This document shows positions 19,573 to 29,300 of a stretch of DNA of 64,000 nt, in pieces (position 1 is the stretch's first letter; each line of letters begins with the position of its first letter). The notes under the pieces were generated by a model. The model worked only from the letters and a program-made list of their open reading frames with translations, had not been told where the DNA came from and did not search any database. The stretch is from Candidatus Cloacimonadales bacterium. GTDB lineage: Bacteria > Cloacimonadota > Cloacimonadia > Cloacimonadales > JAFGVF01. The stretch covers positions 2,368,001 to 2,432,000 of the forward strand of contig OY782781.1 in NCBI GenBank assembly GCA_963678315.1, given 5' to 3'. The position numbers and the translations under genes are program-made.

Positions 19573-19872
19573 GGAGTGTAAGCATCCACCCTGGTAAGGG
19601 TTGAACTTTGTTCATGCTTACGCAAAAAAGACTCGTAAGCTTTCATAATGGAGTGTAAGCATCCACCCCAGTTAGGGTTGAACTTTGTTCATGCTTACGC
19701 AAAAAAGACTTGTAAGCTTTCATAATGGAGTGTAAGCATCCACCCTGGTAAGGGTTGAACTTTGTTCATGCTTACGCAAAAAAGACTCGTAAGCTTTCAT
19801 AATGGAGTGTAAGCATCCACCCCAGTTAGGGTTGAAATTTGTTCATGCTTACGCAAAAAAGACTTGTAAGCT
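19573..19872 (+). repeat. Tandem array of four 77-bp palindromic units (family A) in A-B-A-B alternation
   Basis: Units start at 19573, 19650, 19727 and 19804 with GGAGTGTAAGCATCCACC...TTCATGCTTACGCAAAAAAGACT(C/T)GTAAGC; the last unit is slightly truncated. Confidence 0.95.
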
Positions 19873-19914
19873 AGGAAGCTTACAATCCCAGCTGAATTAC
19901 CTTCTGTTAAGCAC

Positions 19915-20188
19915 ACCCTTACTTGCCACCTTGAAAAATCAGCCTTTTTTCAAGGAGACCCTTAAGGAAGAAGGTATAAGCTAGGAGTTAGGAGTGAGGA
20001 GTTAGGTCTGACATACTGGGATCGCTAGCCTCTGCGCTGGCTTCACTTAGAACGCAGTGATAAGTGCATTTGTAGAAACATTTGGAAAAACGTCTCAGAT
20101 ACAAGCAAGGACTGTGACAGGCGAAGACTGTAGCTTGTGCACCCAGATGGTGATGGAGTGTAAGCATCCACCGATAGGTTGAAGGAAC
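19915..20188 (+). repeat. Composite modular intergenic repeat, copy 1
   Basis: Order: family B hairpin, GGAGTTAGGAGTGAGGAGTTAGG, GACATACTGGGA-CGC, GTAGA-AC hairpin, partial family A unit; same order at 35762-36125. Confidence 0.8.
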
Positions 20189-20204
20189 AAAATAAATTCT
20201 TTTA

Positions 20205-20987
20205 TTATTTAGCTAAAAAGAATTCAGGTGATTTATAGTCGTTGAAATGTGTATGTAATTTCTTTGAGAATTCATTAATACGTTCATCCTCAAACTTTAT
20301 AGCTTGTTGAGGGCAATTTCTTAGGCATGCATGACAATAGTTACATAAATTTTCATTTATATAATGCTCTTGTTTCTGAATACTTATAGCTTCAAAAGGA
20401 CAATTAGTTTCGCACAAGCCACAAAGATTACATTGATTTTTATCAACAATTGGCTTTGTGATAAGTTTAGCTTTTCTTTCACCGTAAGGGAAGTTTCCCG
20501 GTACTTCTAGAGAAAGGTCATCTTCTTTTATAATTAATTGAACATTTTTAGCAAATTCCTTGGCTTTGCTTAAATCATCTAAAGAAGGTCTACCTAGAGC
20601 AACTGGATATTGGTCTGTACTAAATGAATGAACTCCAATAAAGGCAGCTGCAGCAATAGGATTAAATCCTAATTTTTTACTTTCGTTAACAAGTTCAATA
20701 AGTGCGTCATCATAATGTCTATTACCATACACAACAAGAATAATTGCTTTTGTTCCTTTAGCATTGATTGATTGCATTCTATTAAGAAAAACCTCTGGAA
20801 TTCTTCCACTATAAACTGGACATCCGATAATTGCTAAATCATTTTCAGGTATTGTTATTTGATCTTTCTGATTAGTTGTAGTATAGTTTATATCATTATA
20901 TGTATTTGCTTCAATAGATTGAGCAATAGCGTTAACGACTTGTTCTGTCGTTTTTGTAGGAGAAAAATATATTTTATTTACTTTCAT
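20205..20987 (-). CDS. Flavodoxin-fold + 2x[4Fe-4S] ferredoxin protein (EFR1-like)
   Basis: YFSPTKTT, PVYSGRIP, VVYGNRHYDDAL, CNLCGLCETNCP, CNYCHACLRNCP. Confidence 0.85.
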   Translation of the reverse strand: MKVNKIYFSPTKTTEQVVNAIAQSIEANTYNDINYTTTNQKDQITIPENDLAIIGCPVYSGRIPEVFLNRMQSINAKGTKAIILVVYGNRHYDDALIELVNESKKLGFNPIAAAAFIGVHSFSTDQYPVALGRPSLDDLSKAKEFAKNVQLIIKEDDLSLEVPGNFPYGERKAKLITKPIVDKNQCNLCGLCETNCPFEAISIQKQEHYINENLCNYCHACLRNCPQQAIKFEDERINEFSKKLHTHFNDYKSPEFFLAK

Positions 20988-21084
20988 GTTAACTTACCTT
21001 TCCTTTGTTTCATACACAAAAAAAGAGTCTGCTGACTATGTCAACAAACTCGTAAAAAAAAACTTTAGTAAAATACTTACTTAA

Positions 21085-21780
21085 CTAAATTCCCTTATAA
21101 ATGAATTTCTGTTCCCATGGTTTGTTTAAGAAATAAGTTAAAATTATTCTTTTTTTATCCATTAGATTATCAGGAACAATCTTTTCAAATTTATCAAGAA
21201 CTAGATATTTATCAAATTTCAACTTATATTCTTTTGAAATCTCGTCTATTATTTCTATCCCTTCTTCCACTGTTTCCTGCTTTGTATATTCCATAAGATT
21301 AGAATTACAAACAATCTCTGATACTTTAAGAGTAGAAATTGATTCAATCATCTCTTTCATTTGAAGTATCTCTGCTTTATTGCTTGTGAAAGGACGATTG
21401 GTATTTACTACAAAATGCATTTCGTAACCCCTCTTCTTAATCTGTGGTATGAATCTAGCTAAAGTTCTTGCACCAGCTGGATCTCCGCCAACATCTAAGA
21501 TAACTGCTTTATCCTCTGACATAATCATGCCTCTTACACGAGGAGATATCATTGGTAAATCTGCATGTTTGAATTCACCCTCAGGAGCAACAACTTGGAT
21601 TCCTTGTTCTTCAAATTGCTCTCTTACATCTCTACTTCTAAAGTAAGGATTTACAACATCAAGATCACATAACACGACCTTCTTACCAGCTTCTTTAAGA
21701 AGTTTTGCTAGGTTGATTGAGTATTCACTCTTACCTGAACCATAAGCACCAATAACAATTATCAATCTATTTTCTATCAT
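21085..21780 (-). CDS. P-loop NTP-binding protein (SIMIBI/CobQ-MinD-like)
   Basis: GAYGSGKSE, DLDVVNPYFRSR, DVGGD. Confidence 0.75.
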   Translation of the reverse strand: MIENRLIIVIGAYGSGKSEYSINLAKLLKEAGKKVVLCDLDVVNPYFRSRDVREQFEEQGIQVVAPEGEFKHADLPMISPRVRGMIMSEDKAVILDVGGDPAGARTLARFIPQIKKRGYEMHFVVNTNRPFTSNKAEILQMKEMIESISTLKVSEIVCNSNLMEYTKQETVEEGIEIIDEISKEYKLKFDKYLVLDKFEKIVPDNLMDKKRIILTYFLNKPWEQKFIYKGI

Positions 21781-21818
21781 TTCTTATTCCTTCAATTTAT
21801 ACTTTTCATTTATAATAG

Positions 21819-22490
21819 CTATTTTTCAGCAAAAAGCAAAGAATCTAGTTCTTCGTAGTTATAAACAAAATAATCAGCTAGCTCTTTTAGCTTAAGTTCA
21901 TCCTTTTTAGAGTAGTCATTATAAATTGCAATAGCTGTCATTCCTGCATTCTTTGCAGCTTCTACTCCATGAAGAGTATCTTCAATTACCAGAGTATCTT
22001 CTGGGTTAGTATTTAGTTTAGAAGAAACCTTCAAATATATATCAGGAAAAGGTTTACCTCTATCTACTTCTGAGCCTGTAGTAACTTCTTTAAAAAAGCT
22101 ACTAAGCTTGTGATTAGCTAAAACTACACTAGTGAGCTTTGTAGAATTACTTGTGCCTATACCTAAATCAATTCCACTTCTGTGAAGCTTTTCAATCAAG
22201 TCTAAAGCACCTGACCTAAGTTCTATATTCTTGTAAAAATCATAAACCATAGAATCCCATTCATCAGTAATCTGCTCCACTGTTTCACTTAAAGCAAATT
22301 TATCTTTAAAGTATTTAGCTATTGCAACATAACCGTCACCTGCTGGCATATCTTTAAAGAGGTCGTCTGGAACTTGCAAGCCTCTTTTGCCAAGAAAATC
22401 AATATCAACTTGTTCCCAAACGTGCATAGAATCGATTAATGTTCCATCCAAATCAAATATAACTGAGTTAAACTTATTAATTCTATCCAT
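21819..22490 (-). CDS. HAD-family phosphatase
   Basis: FDLDGTLIDS, GTSN, KPFPDIY, IEDTLHGVEAA. Confidence 0.9.
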   Translation of the reverse strand: MDRINKFNSVIFDLDGTLIDSMHVWEQVDIDFLGKRGLQVPDDLFKDMPAGDGYVAIAKYFKDKFALSETVEQITDEWDSMVYDFYKNIELRSGALDLIEKLHRSGIDLGIGTSNSTKLTSVVLANHKLSSFFKEVTTGSEVDRGKPFPDIYLKVSSKLNTNPEDTLVIEDTLHGVEAAKNAGMTAIAIYNDYSKKDELKLKELADYFVYNYEELDSLLFAEK

Positions 22491-23464
22491 TAAACCATAC
22501 TCTGATTAAAGAACTTTCTAACTACATTAGGGTCCTGATATTTACCAAATAGAGCCATTAGTCTTATTCTAGCTTTAGGACCTTGTAAATCACCACCTAA
22601 AATACAGCCTAACTTTTCAAGATGCAAACCACCAGCATCATAACCATATTCTGGAAGAACTCTACCTGTAATTGTTCTTGAGGCAATTACAACTAGCACA
22701 TTAGCATCTATAGCCAACTTAATGGCTGGAATAATAGATTCTGGAAGATTACCTCTACCAAAAGCTTCTATAACTATAGCCTTAGCTCCACTGGCAACTG
22801 AAGCATTTATATAAGTATCATTCATACCTGCAGTTGCTTTTATCAAATCTACTTTAGGCTCTATCTGATTAGTCCAAACTGATTCTCTAAGATGATTATC
22901 TCTATGATACACAACAGCATCAGGATCAATAGTTCCAATAGGTCCATATTTAGGAGACTTGAATGCATCCACTGTTCCTGAATCAAATTTTAGGACATCT
23001 CTAGCAGTATGGATATCATCATTCATGACGACTAAAACACCTTTATCTACAGTTTCAGGGTGACTAGCAACCCGAACAGCTGCAATAATATTTCTTGGTC
23101 CATCTAAACCTAATTCAGAGCCAGACCTCATGGCTGCAGTTAGTATTATTGGACGTCTTGACGTTGTAACTAGATCAAGAAAATAAGCAGTCTCTTCAAG
23201 AGTGTCAGTACCATGAGTAATAACAACACCATCAAAATCAAGTAAGTAACCATCTACTCTTTGAGATAATTCAAGCATCTTATCTGGTGACATATATGGA
23301 CTTGGAATGTTTGAATATTCTACAACATCTATATCAGCTATCTCGTATAACTGAGGAAAAGTATTTAGGAAACTAACAAATTCACTTGTTGGAACTACAC
23401 CACTTTCGCTTCGTTCCATTCCTATTGTACCACCTGTAGTTATAATCAATATCTTCTTTTTCAT
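22490..23464 (-). CDS. L-asparaginase
   Basis: TTGGTI, THGTDTLEETAYFL. Confidence 0.92.
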   Translation of the reverse strand: MKKKILIITTGGTIGMERSESGVVPTSEFVSFLNTFPQLYEIADIDVVEYSNIPSPYMSPDKMLELSQRVDGYLLDFDGVVITHGTDTLEETAYFLDLVTTSRRPIILTAAMRSGSELGLDGPRNIIAAVRVASHPETVDKGVLVVMNDDIHTARDVLKFDSGTVDAFKSPKYGPIGTIDPDAVVYHRDNHLRESVWTNQIEPKVDLIKATAGMNDTYINASVASGAKAIVIEAFGRGNLPESIIPAIKLAIDANVLVVIASRTITGRVLPEYGYDAGGLHLEKLGCILGGDLQGPKARIRLMALFGKYQDPNVVRKFFNQSMV

Positions 23465-25227
23465 TAATTGCCCCTCTTATAAAGATCCATCATGCTAAAC
23501 CATTTATATACTTTGGCGTTTTCAACTTCTTTGTCAAACCAAGTCTCGAATACATTATCAAGCTGAGTATCTCTGTACTCACCTCTAATTACATAATAGT
23601 TTCTATCAAAGTAATCATTATCAGCGTCTTGTCGATTATTTAAGTAAATAACGTTAATCGTATTATTATAAATAAATGAGTCTGTGTAGTCGCCTCTATC
23701 TTCAAGCTTCATAACCTTCTTCATAATTTCATCAGCATTCAAGTCCTGGAAGACTAAGTAATTTTTAGAAAATTCTGATATATTTGCTACTTCAACATCA
23801 GGATAATCTTGTTCTAATATTACTGTATCATAACTTTCACAAATATTCTTAAGTTTATTGCCAAGAATATCTTTTTGTTTTTGAGATTCAATCTTCTTAT
23901 AAAGTAAATCCCTTACTTCTTCTAATGGCTTCTTTTTAAGCAGTTTGTTTTCAATTATCTGAACTAAAACCAATACTCTTTCACGCTTATTATAAATCGG
24001 TTTATATATATATCCATCAGATTTAGTGACAGCATCTTCAATCAAATCCTTAACAGAACCTAAATCTTCTACATAAACTCTTTGAAAATTCAATGTATCT
24101 ACAGAATGAACAAGACAGCCGTATTCATTTGCTGTTTTTTCAATACCGATTTGTTTGATTAATTCACCCATAGACTTTAACTCTTCACGTGCATTAATTC
24201 TTGTTTCATGAGAAATAGGTATTGGGAAATTAAGTTCCTGCAATTTAACCATTGTCTTTGTCTTCTCTAGAATCTTATATATGTACCAAATATCGCCATC
24301 TAGAAGAGGATATGTTATCGAGCCTATAGCTAGTCCATTTATATCATCTCTAATAATACTAGGTAGATTTTCTATTTCAGTAAAAGGTAACTTGCCTAAT
24401 GGATATTTTCCTAGATTAGAAGAAAATTCACGACATGCTGTATCAAAATCTAAACCTCTGTAAAGCTGATTGTGTAGAGAGTCAATGGTTGTCTTGGCAG
24501 ACATAAGATCTTTTTTAGATGGTTTAACTTTCTTGGTTATATATTTAATCTTTAAATTTGGTTCATAATAAAGACTTTTATCAGTCTTTCTATACTCAAT
24601 TTCTATCTCCTTATTTGTAACAGTTGGCTTATAGCTATCTAAAGGAATAGATAATATATCGATATCATAAGATGCATAATTATCATCATAATAGTCTTCA
24701 ACAACAGATTTGGATATCTCAGCTTTGTCTTTCAATATCTGGGTAATTTTCATTACAGGAATGTATTTGTTGTAATAATTATATTTAATATCACTTGTAT
24801 TTACTGGTTTATTTGTTTCAATAGAGTTTTTATATATCTCGTAATTAAAGACTCCATTCACATCAAAAGCACCATTGTCTGTATAATACTTTGGAGGGTT
24901 AGTTAATAAAGAATCTAGAACTTCTTGCTGGGTTACAACTATATCATGTTCTTTCTTAAACTCATTAATGATTGTTGCTCTTGTGAGGTCCTTCCATGTT
25001 ATATCTTCCAATTTCATGATTTCTTCATCAGTCGCTTTGTAGTTAGCATCATCTTTACGTAATATTCTATAATGGCCAAGAAATGAAGTAGTGAAAACAT
25101 CTCTATCAATCTTAACTCCATTAATTTCACCAGCATACTTATTACCTTCTTCACTTGTACTACTACCAGCACAACTGATTATAAATAGCATTACAACAAC
25201 TGAAAACAGCCCTATGAATTTTTTCAT
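23464..25227 (-). CDS. SurA/PpiD-like lipoprotein chaperone (peptidylprolyl isomerase-like)
   Basis: Lipobox IISC, AGEINGVKI, F---A/C-EFS motif; ATG 25227 follows GAGG. Confidence 0.65.
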   Translation of the reverse strand: MKKFIGLFSVVVMLFIISCAGSSTSEEGNKYAGEINGVKIDRDVFTTSFLGHYRILRKDDANYKATDEEIMKLEDITWKDLTRATIINEFKKEHDIVVTQQEVLDSLLTNPPKYYTDNGAFDVNGVFNYEIYKNSIETNKPVNTSDIKYNYYNKYIPVMKITQILKDKAEISKSVVEDYYDDNYASYDIDILSIPLDSYKPTVTNKEIEIEYRKTDKSLYYEPNLKIKYITKKVKPSKKDLMSAKTTIDSLHNQLYRGLDFDTACREFSSNLGKYPLGKLPFTEIENLPSIIRDDINGLAIGSITYPLLDGDIWYIYKILEKTKTMVKLQELNFPIPISHETRINAREELKSMGELIKQIGIEKTANEYGCLVHSVDTLNFQRVYVEDLGSVKDLIEDAVTKSDGYIYKPIYNKRERVLVLVQIIENKLLKKKPLEEVRDLLYKKIESQKQKDILGNKLKNICESYDTVILEQDYPDVEVANISEFSKNYLVFQDLNADEIMKKVMKLEDRGDYTDSFIYNNTINVIYLNNRQDADNDYFDRNYYVIRGEYRDTQLDNVFETWFDKEVENAKVYKWFSMMDLYKRGN

Positions 25228-25237
25228 TGTATCCTCA

Positions 25238-27892
25238 TTATTTATCTTTATTTTTAATTTTATCTTGTATTTCTTGTAGCTTTTGCCAAGCATCAATAGG
25301 AGACATCTCATTTAGATTATATTCACTAATCTCATCGAATATCTCATTGCTTCCATCATCTTGTTCTTGCAAGTATTCAAATATATTAATTTGATCGTCT
25401 ATAGTACTTAGTTGCTTCTTTATCTTTCCAGTTAAGCCTTGAGGACTAAGTTCATGTTCTTCAAGATTCTTTAATATCTGCTTAGCTCTGTTTATTACTT
25501 TAACTGGCATACCAGCTAATCTAGCAACCTGAATTCCATAACTTTGATCTGCTCCACCACGTTCAATCTTACGAGTAAAGATCATTTCATCATTCCATTC
25601 ACGTACTGTAATATTGTAGTTTTTAACAGAAGATAAGATATTTTCTAATTCTGTTAATTCATGATAATGAGTCGCAAACAAGGTTTTTGCATGCTTAAAC
25701 TTATGAATAAATTCTACTATAGACCATGCTAAAGAAAGACCATCAAAAGTAGAAGTTCCTCTACCAATTTCATCTAATAAAATCAAAGAGTCTCTTGTAG
25801 CAGAATTAAGAATATTGGCTGTTTCAATCATTTCAACCAAGAATGTAGATTGACCTTGCGCTAAGTTATCAGAAGCTCCTACCCTTGTAAAAACCTTGTC
25901 AAATATTGGAATAACAGCCTTGGAGGCTGGAACAAATGAACCAATCTGAGCCATAATTGCAATTAAACCAATCTGTCTAAGATAAGTAGATTTACCAGCC
26001 ATATTTGGACCAGTAATTATTGCTATCTGATTATTCTGTGAATCCAAGATAACATCATTAGGGATATATGGTTCATCTGTTAACAACTTTTCTATAACTG
26101 GATGACGACATTCCTCTAATATTAGTTGACCTTCATCACTAAACTCAGGCATGATATAGTGAAGCTTATGTGCGTTATATGCAAAACTACATATTACATC
26201 AAGAACAGAAACAACATCAACAAAGCTCTGCATCAGCTCTAACTTCTCTTGTAAATCCGATCTTAACTGCTTATATATCTCATATTCTAAAGACTTAATT
26301 CTTTCTTCAGCTCCGAGTACTTTAGATTCATATTCTTTTAGTTGTGGAGAGATATACCTTTCTGAATTGACTAATGTTTGTTTACGAATATAATGTTCAG
26401 GTACCTTATCTTTATGAGTCTTTGTTACTTCTAGATAATAACCAAAAACCTTGTTATAGCCTATTTTTAATGAATTAATCCCAGTAGTTTGCTTTTCAGT
26501 ATCTTCAAGTTTAGCTATCCAAGCTTTACCGTCTTTACTAATGGCTCTTAACTCATCTAATTCTGTATCTACACCATCTTTGATAATATTGCCATCTTTG
26601 ATTGTAATAGCAGGATTATCAATAATGGCACTATCAATTGTATCAACTATTGTACTGTAATCTTGTAAGCTTTTAGCACTGCATTGAATTAAATCAGAGT
26701 TGTAATCATTAAGTATAGTCTTAATTTTAGGTGATAAAGCAAGGTAATTACGTAAAGCAATTAGTTCTCGTGGATTAACCTTTAGTGATCCTACTTTAGA
26801 AAGAATTCTGCTAACATCCCCTACTTCTTTTAGAAGATCTCTAATGTCTATTGTATCATGGAACTTATCCTTACATTCGGCAACAGCTTGGTGCCTTTTA
26901 TATATCTCTTCTTTATCAATAAGTGGATGAACTAGCCAGTTATTAATAAGCCTAGTTCCCATAGGTGTAAGAGTAGTATCAAGAACTGAAATAAGGGAAC
27001 CATATTTATTACCATATCTCATGGACTTAGTAAGCTCTAAGTTTCTACGACTAATATCGTCTAGTAGCATGAAGCTATCAAGAGAGTAATAAAGTAACTT
27101 ATTTATATGCTTTAAATCATTATTCTTGAGTTCTTGCAGATAAGCCAAAGCTACTCCAGCTGAAGCTGCTCCAATCCTCTTACGATTAGCCCCCAAACTC
27201 TCAAGAGTTGTCGTATGAAAGTGCTTCTTTAGTATAGAAATTGCTTCTTTAGTATCATATTGCCATGAATCAAATATTGTGATTGTTGGACTGTGTTCCA
27301 ACTGCATCTTTTCTATTTCTTGCTGAAGAATATCATCTTTTACAACAATTTCAGCAGATTCCAATCGCAGAAGTTCATTCTTTAATTGTTCTTTTGATAC
27401 TTCAGTAAATACAAAGTCTCCTGTTGAAATATCTATTGAAGCTAAGCCTACTATGTTCTTCTTCCCAAAGCTCAAAACACTAAGATAGTTGTTTTCTGCT
27501 TTATTAATAAGCTTGTTATCAATAATAGAACCCGGAGTAATTATATCCACAATATCTCTTTTAACAATACCTTTTGCTTGGGAAGGGTCTTCAACTTGCT
27601 CACAAATAGCGACCTTATGTCCTGCTTGAATCAACTTTTCTAGATAGTTATCTAATGCATGATAAGGGAATCCAGCTAATGGAACAGGATCATCGTCACT
27701 CTTATTACGGGCGGTGAGAGTAATTCCAAGAACTTTTGCTGTTACTTTGGCATCATCAAAGAATGTTTCATAGAAGTCCCCCATTCTAAACAAGAGAATT
27801 TTATCAACGTGTTCTTCTTTGAACTTCCAATACTGTTGTAGCATGGGAGTAGATTTCTTTTTATCTTGTTCTTTCGTTTTATTCTTAGTCAT
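25238..27892 (-). CDS. mutS: DNA mismatch repair protein MutS
   Basis: TPMLQQY, FRMGDFYETF, TGPNMAGKSTYLRQ, LDEIGRGTST, FATHYHEL. Confidence 0.98.
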   Translation of the reverse strand: MTKNKTKEQDKKKSTPMLQQYWKFKEEHVDKILLFRMGDFYETFFDDAKVTAKVLGITLTARNKSDDDPVPLAGFPYHALDNYLEKLIQAGHKVAICEQVEDPSQAKGIVKRDIVDIITPGSIIDNKLINKAENNYLSVLSFGKKNIVGLASIDISTGDFVFTEVSKEQLKNELLRLESAEIVVKDDILQQEIEKMQLEHSPTITIFDSWQYDTKEAISILKKHFHTTTLESLGANRKRIGAASAGVALAYLQELKNNDLKHINKLLYYSLDSFMLLDDISRRNLELTKSMRYGNKYGSLISVLDTTLTPMGTRLINNWLVHPLIDKEEIYKRHQAVAECKDKFHDTIDIRDLLKEVGDVSRILSKVGSLKVNPRELIALRNYLALSPKIKTILNDYNSDLIQCSAKSLQDYSTIVDTIDSAIIDNPAITIKDGNIIKDGVDTELDELRAISKDGKAWIAKLEDTEKQTTGINSLKIGYNKVFGYYLEVTKTHKDKVPEHYIRKQTLVNSERYISPQLKEYESKVLGAEERIKSLEYEIYKQLRSDLQEKLELMQSFVDVVSVLDVICSFAYNAHKLHYIMPEFSDEGQLILEECRHPVIEKLLTDEPYIPNDVILDSQNNQIAIITGPNMAGKSTYLRQIGLIAIMAQIGSFVPASKAVIPIFDKVFTRVGASDNLAQGQSTFLVEMIETANILNSATRDSLILLDEIGRGTSTFDGLSLAWSIVEFIHKFKHAKTLFATHYHELTELENILSSVKNYNITVREWNDEMIFTRKIERGGADQSYGIQVARLAGMPVKVINRAKQILKNLEEHELSPQGLTGKIKKQLSTIDDQINIFEYLQEQDDGSNEIFDEISEYNLNEMSPIDAWQKLQEIQDKIKNKDK

Positions 27893-29300
27893 TCTTCTTT
27901 AAAAAGCACTCTACGCCATCATTTTTAAGGTTGTCGATGTTATCTTTTGCTTCTTTAGCCTGTGAGTAAGGACCACCCCAAACTACATATGTAGTTTTCC
28001 CAGTAGATTCATTAATATCTCTAACAACATTCCACATAATTTGGTAGACGTAAAGATTTTTAGCATAATCTATTGCTCTTTCTTGATTAGAAAATCTACC
28101 TACTTGAATAAAGTACTTACCAACAGGTTTATTCATCATGACGATATAATTGTTTGGCTCTACATTAATTGGTCTATCTAACAACTCACCTTTGTCATTA
28201 TTAGAATCAACTTCATTGCCTTCTTTTTTAGATGGGCTTGTTTCATTGAAAATATCAATATCCAATTCTGGCTTGTTATCTTCTACAGGTGTCAATCTAT
28301 CTAGAAATTCTCCATCTTCTGGGTCGTATAAGGATTGCTCGTTAACAGCTAAAGTATCAGTATCAATAGGTTGAATTTCTTGCACTATTGATCCAACATT
28401 GCCTTCAGTGTTTGATTCACTAATATAGCTATTCAAAATAGAAAGGGTATCAGTTCTAACGATATTAGTTAGGTCAAAGTCCTTTGCTGAAGTTGTATAT
28501 TTTTTTACAGAAGAATCTTTGATTTCATCTCTATTTTGCTTGGCATATAACCAAGAATAATCTATGTTTTCTTTAGAGTATTTCCTAATCTCGAAAACAT
28601 GTTCCTCAGCCAGTGCTGCATATTGGCTATACTGGTCAATCATAAAAGATTTCTTATAGTTAGATACAGCCTTCTTAATTTCTCCTGATCGTTCATAGCT
28701 AAGTCCAAGATTATAATACAAATATGCTTTATTCAGACCTTCTTTATCATTTTTAAGCAATTGTTCTATATGAACTATAGCCTCTTTATATTTTGCTTGT
28801 TGAACATTACCTTCAATCAACATATAGTAACTTAAATCATATTTATGGTCTTTTTTATCACTTTCTTTAAGGAAGTTATTAGCATATTTTTCACTTTTAG
28901 CAAACTCTTGTTTCATGAAATACAATCTTGCCATCCAGTAATTGTATTCATATACTTTTTCTTTATTCTCAATTTTTAAGAAATAAAGTTCTGCTTTTGA
29001 GTAATTTCTTTTAAAGAAGTTGATGACTCCAAGCTTGAAATGAATCTTATCACGATATTCGATTTGTGGAAAATACTCTATCAATTCAGTCATAGCTGCT
29101 TCAAAATTCTTATTACTTATAAGAGATTCATAGTAAGCTGCTCTTGGTAATTCATCCTCTGACAATCTAGGTTTTGTATATATTTTCTTGCGTAATTCAT
29201 TAATCTTGCCATTATTAAAATACTCTTCATACTCTATTGAAAACAGTGATATTGAACTTAAACATACTGCTAATATAAAAGACACAACTTTTCTATTCAT
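27885..29300 (-). CDS. TPR + C-terminal SPOR-domain secreted protein
   Basis: Signal peptide, TPR-like helices, YFIQVGRFS...VWGGPY...A SPOR pattern. Confidence 0.75.
   Translation of the reverse strand: MNRKVVSFILAVCLSSISLFSIEYEEYFNNGKINELRKKIYTKPRLSEDELPRAAYYESLISNKNFEAAMTELIEYFPQIEYRDKIHFKLGVINFFKRNYSKAELYFLKIENKEKVYEYNYWMARLYFMKQEFAKSEKYANNFLKESDKKDHKYDLSYYMLIEGNVQQAKYKEAIVHIEQLLKNDKEGLNKAYLYYNLGLSYERSGEIKKAVSNYKKSFMIDQYSQYAALAEEHVFEIRKYSKENIDYSWLYAKQNRDEIKDSSVKKYTTSAKDFDLTNIVRTDTLSILNSYISESNTEGNVGSIVQEIQPIDTDTLAVNEQSLYDPEDGEFLDRLTPVEDNKPELDIDIFNETSPSKKEGNEVDSNNDKGELLDRPINVEPNNYIVMMNKPVGKYFIQVGRFSNQERAIDYAKNLYVYQIMWNVVRDINESTGKTTYVVWGGPYSQAKEAKDNIDNLKNDGVECFLKKND

Noticed and set aside
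19573..19872. CRISPR array
   Set aside because: The 77-bp units are wholly repeated with no unique spacers, and no cas genes are in the window
19802..19984. 60-aa ORF (and 35895-36092, 36157-36348)
   Set aside because: These run through repeat or terminator sequence, with no RBS or recognisable protein features
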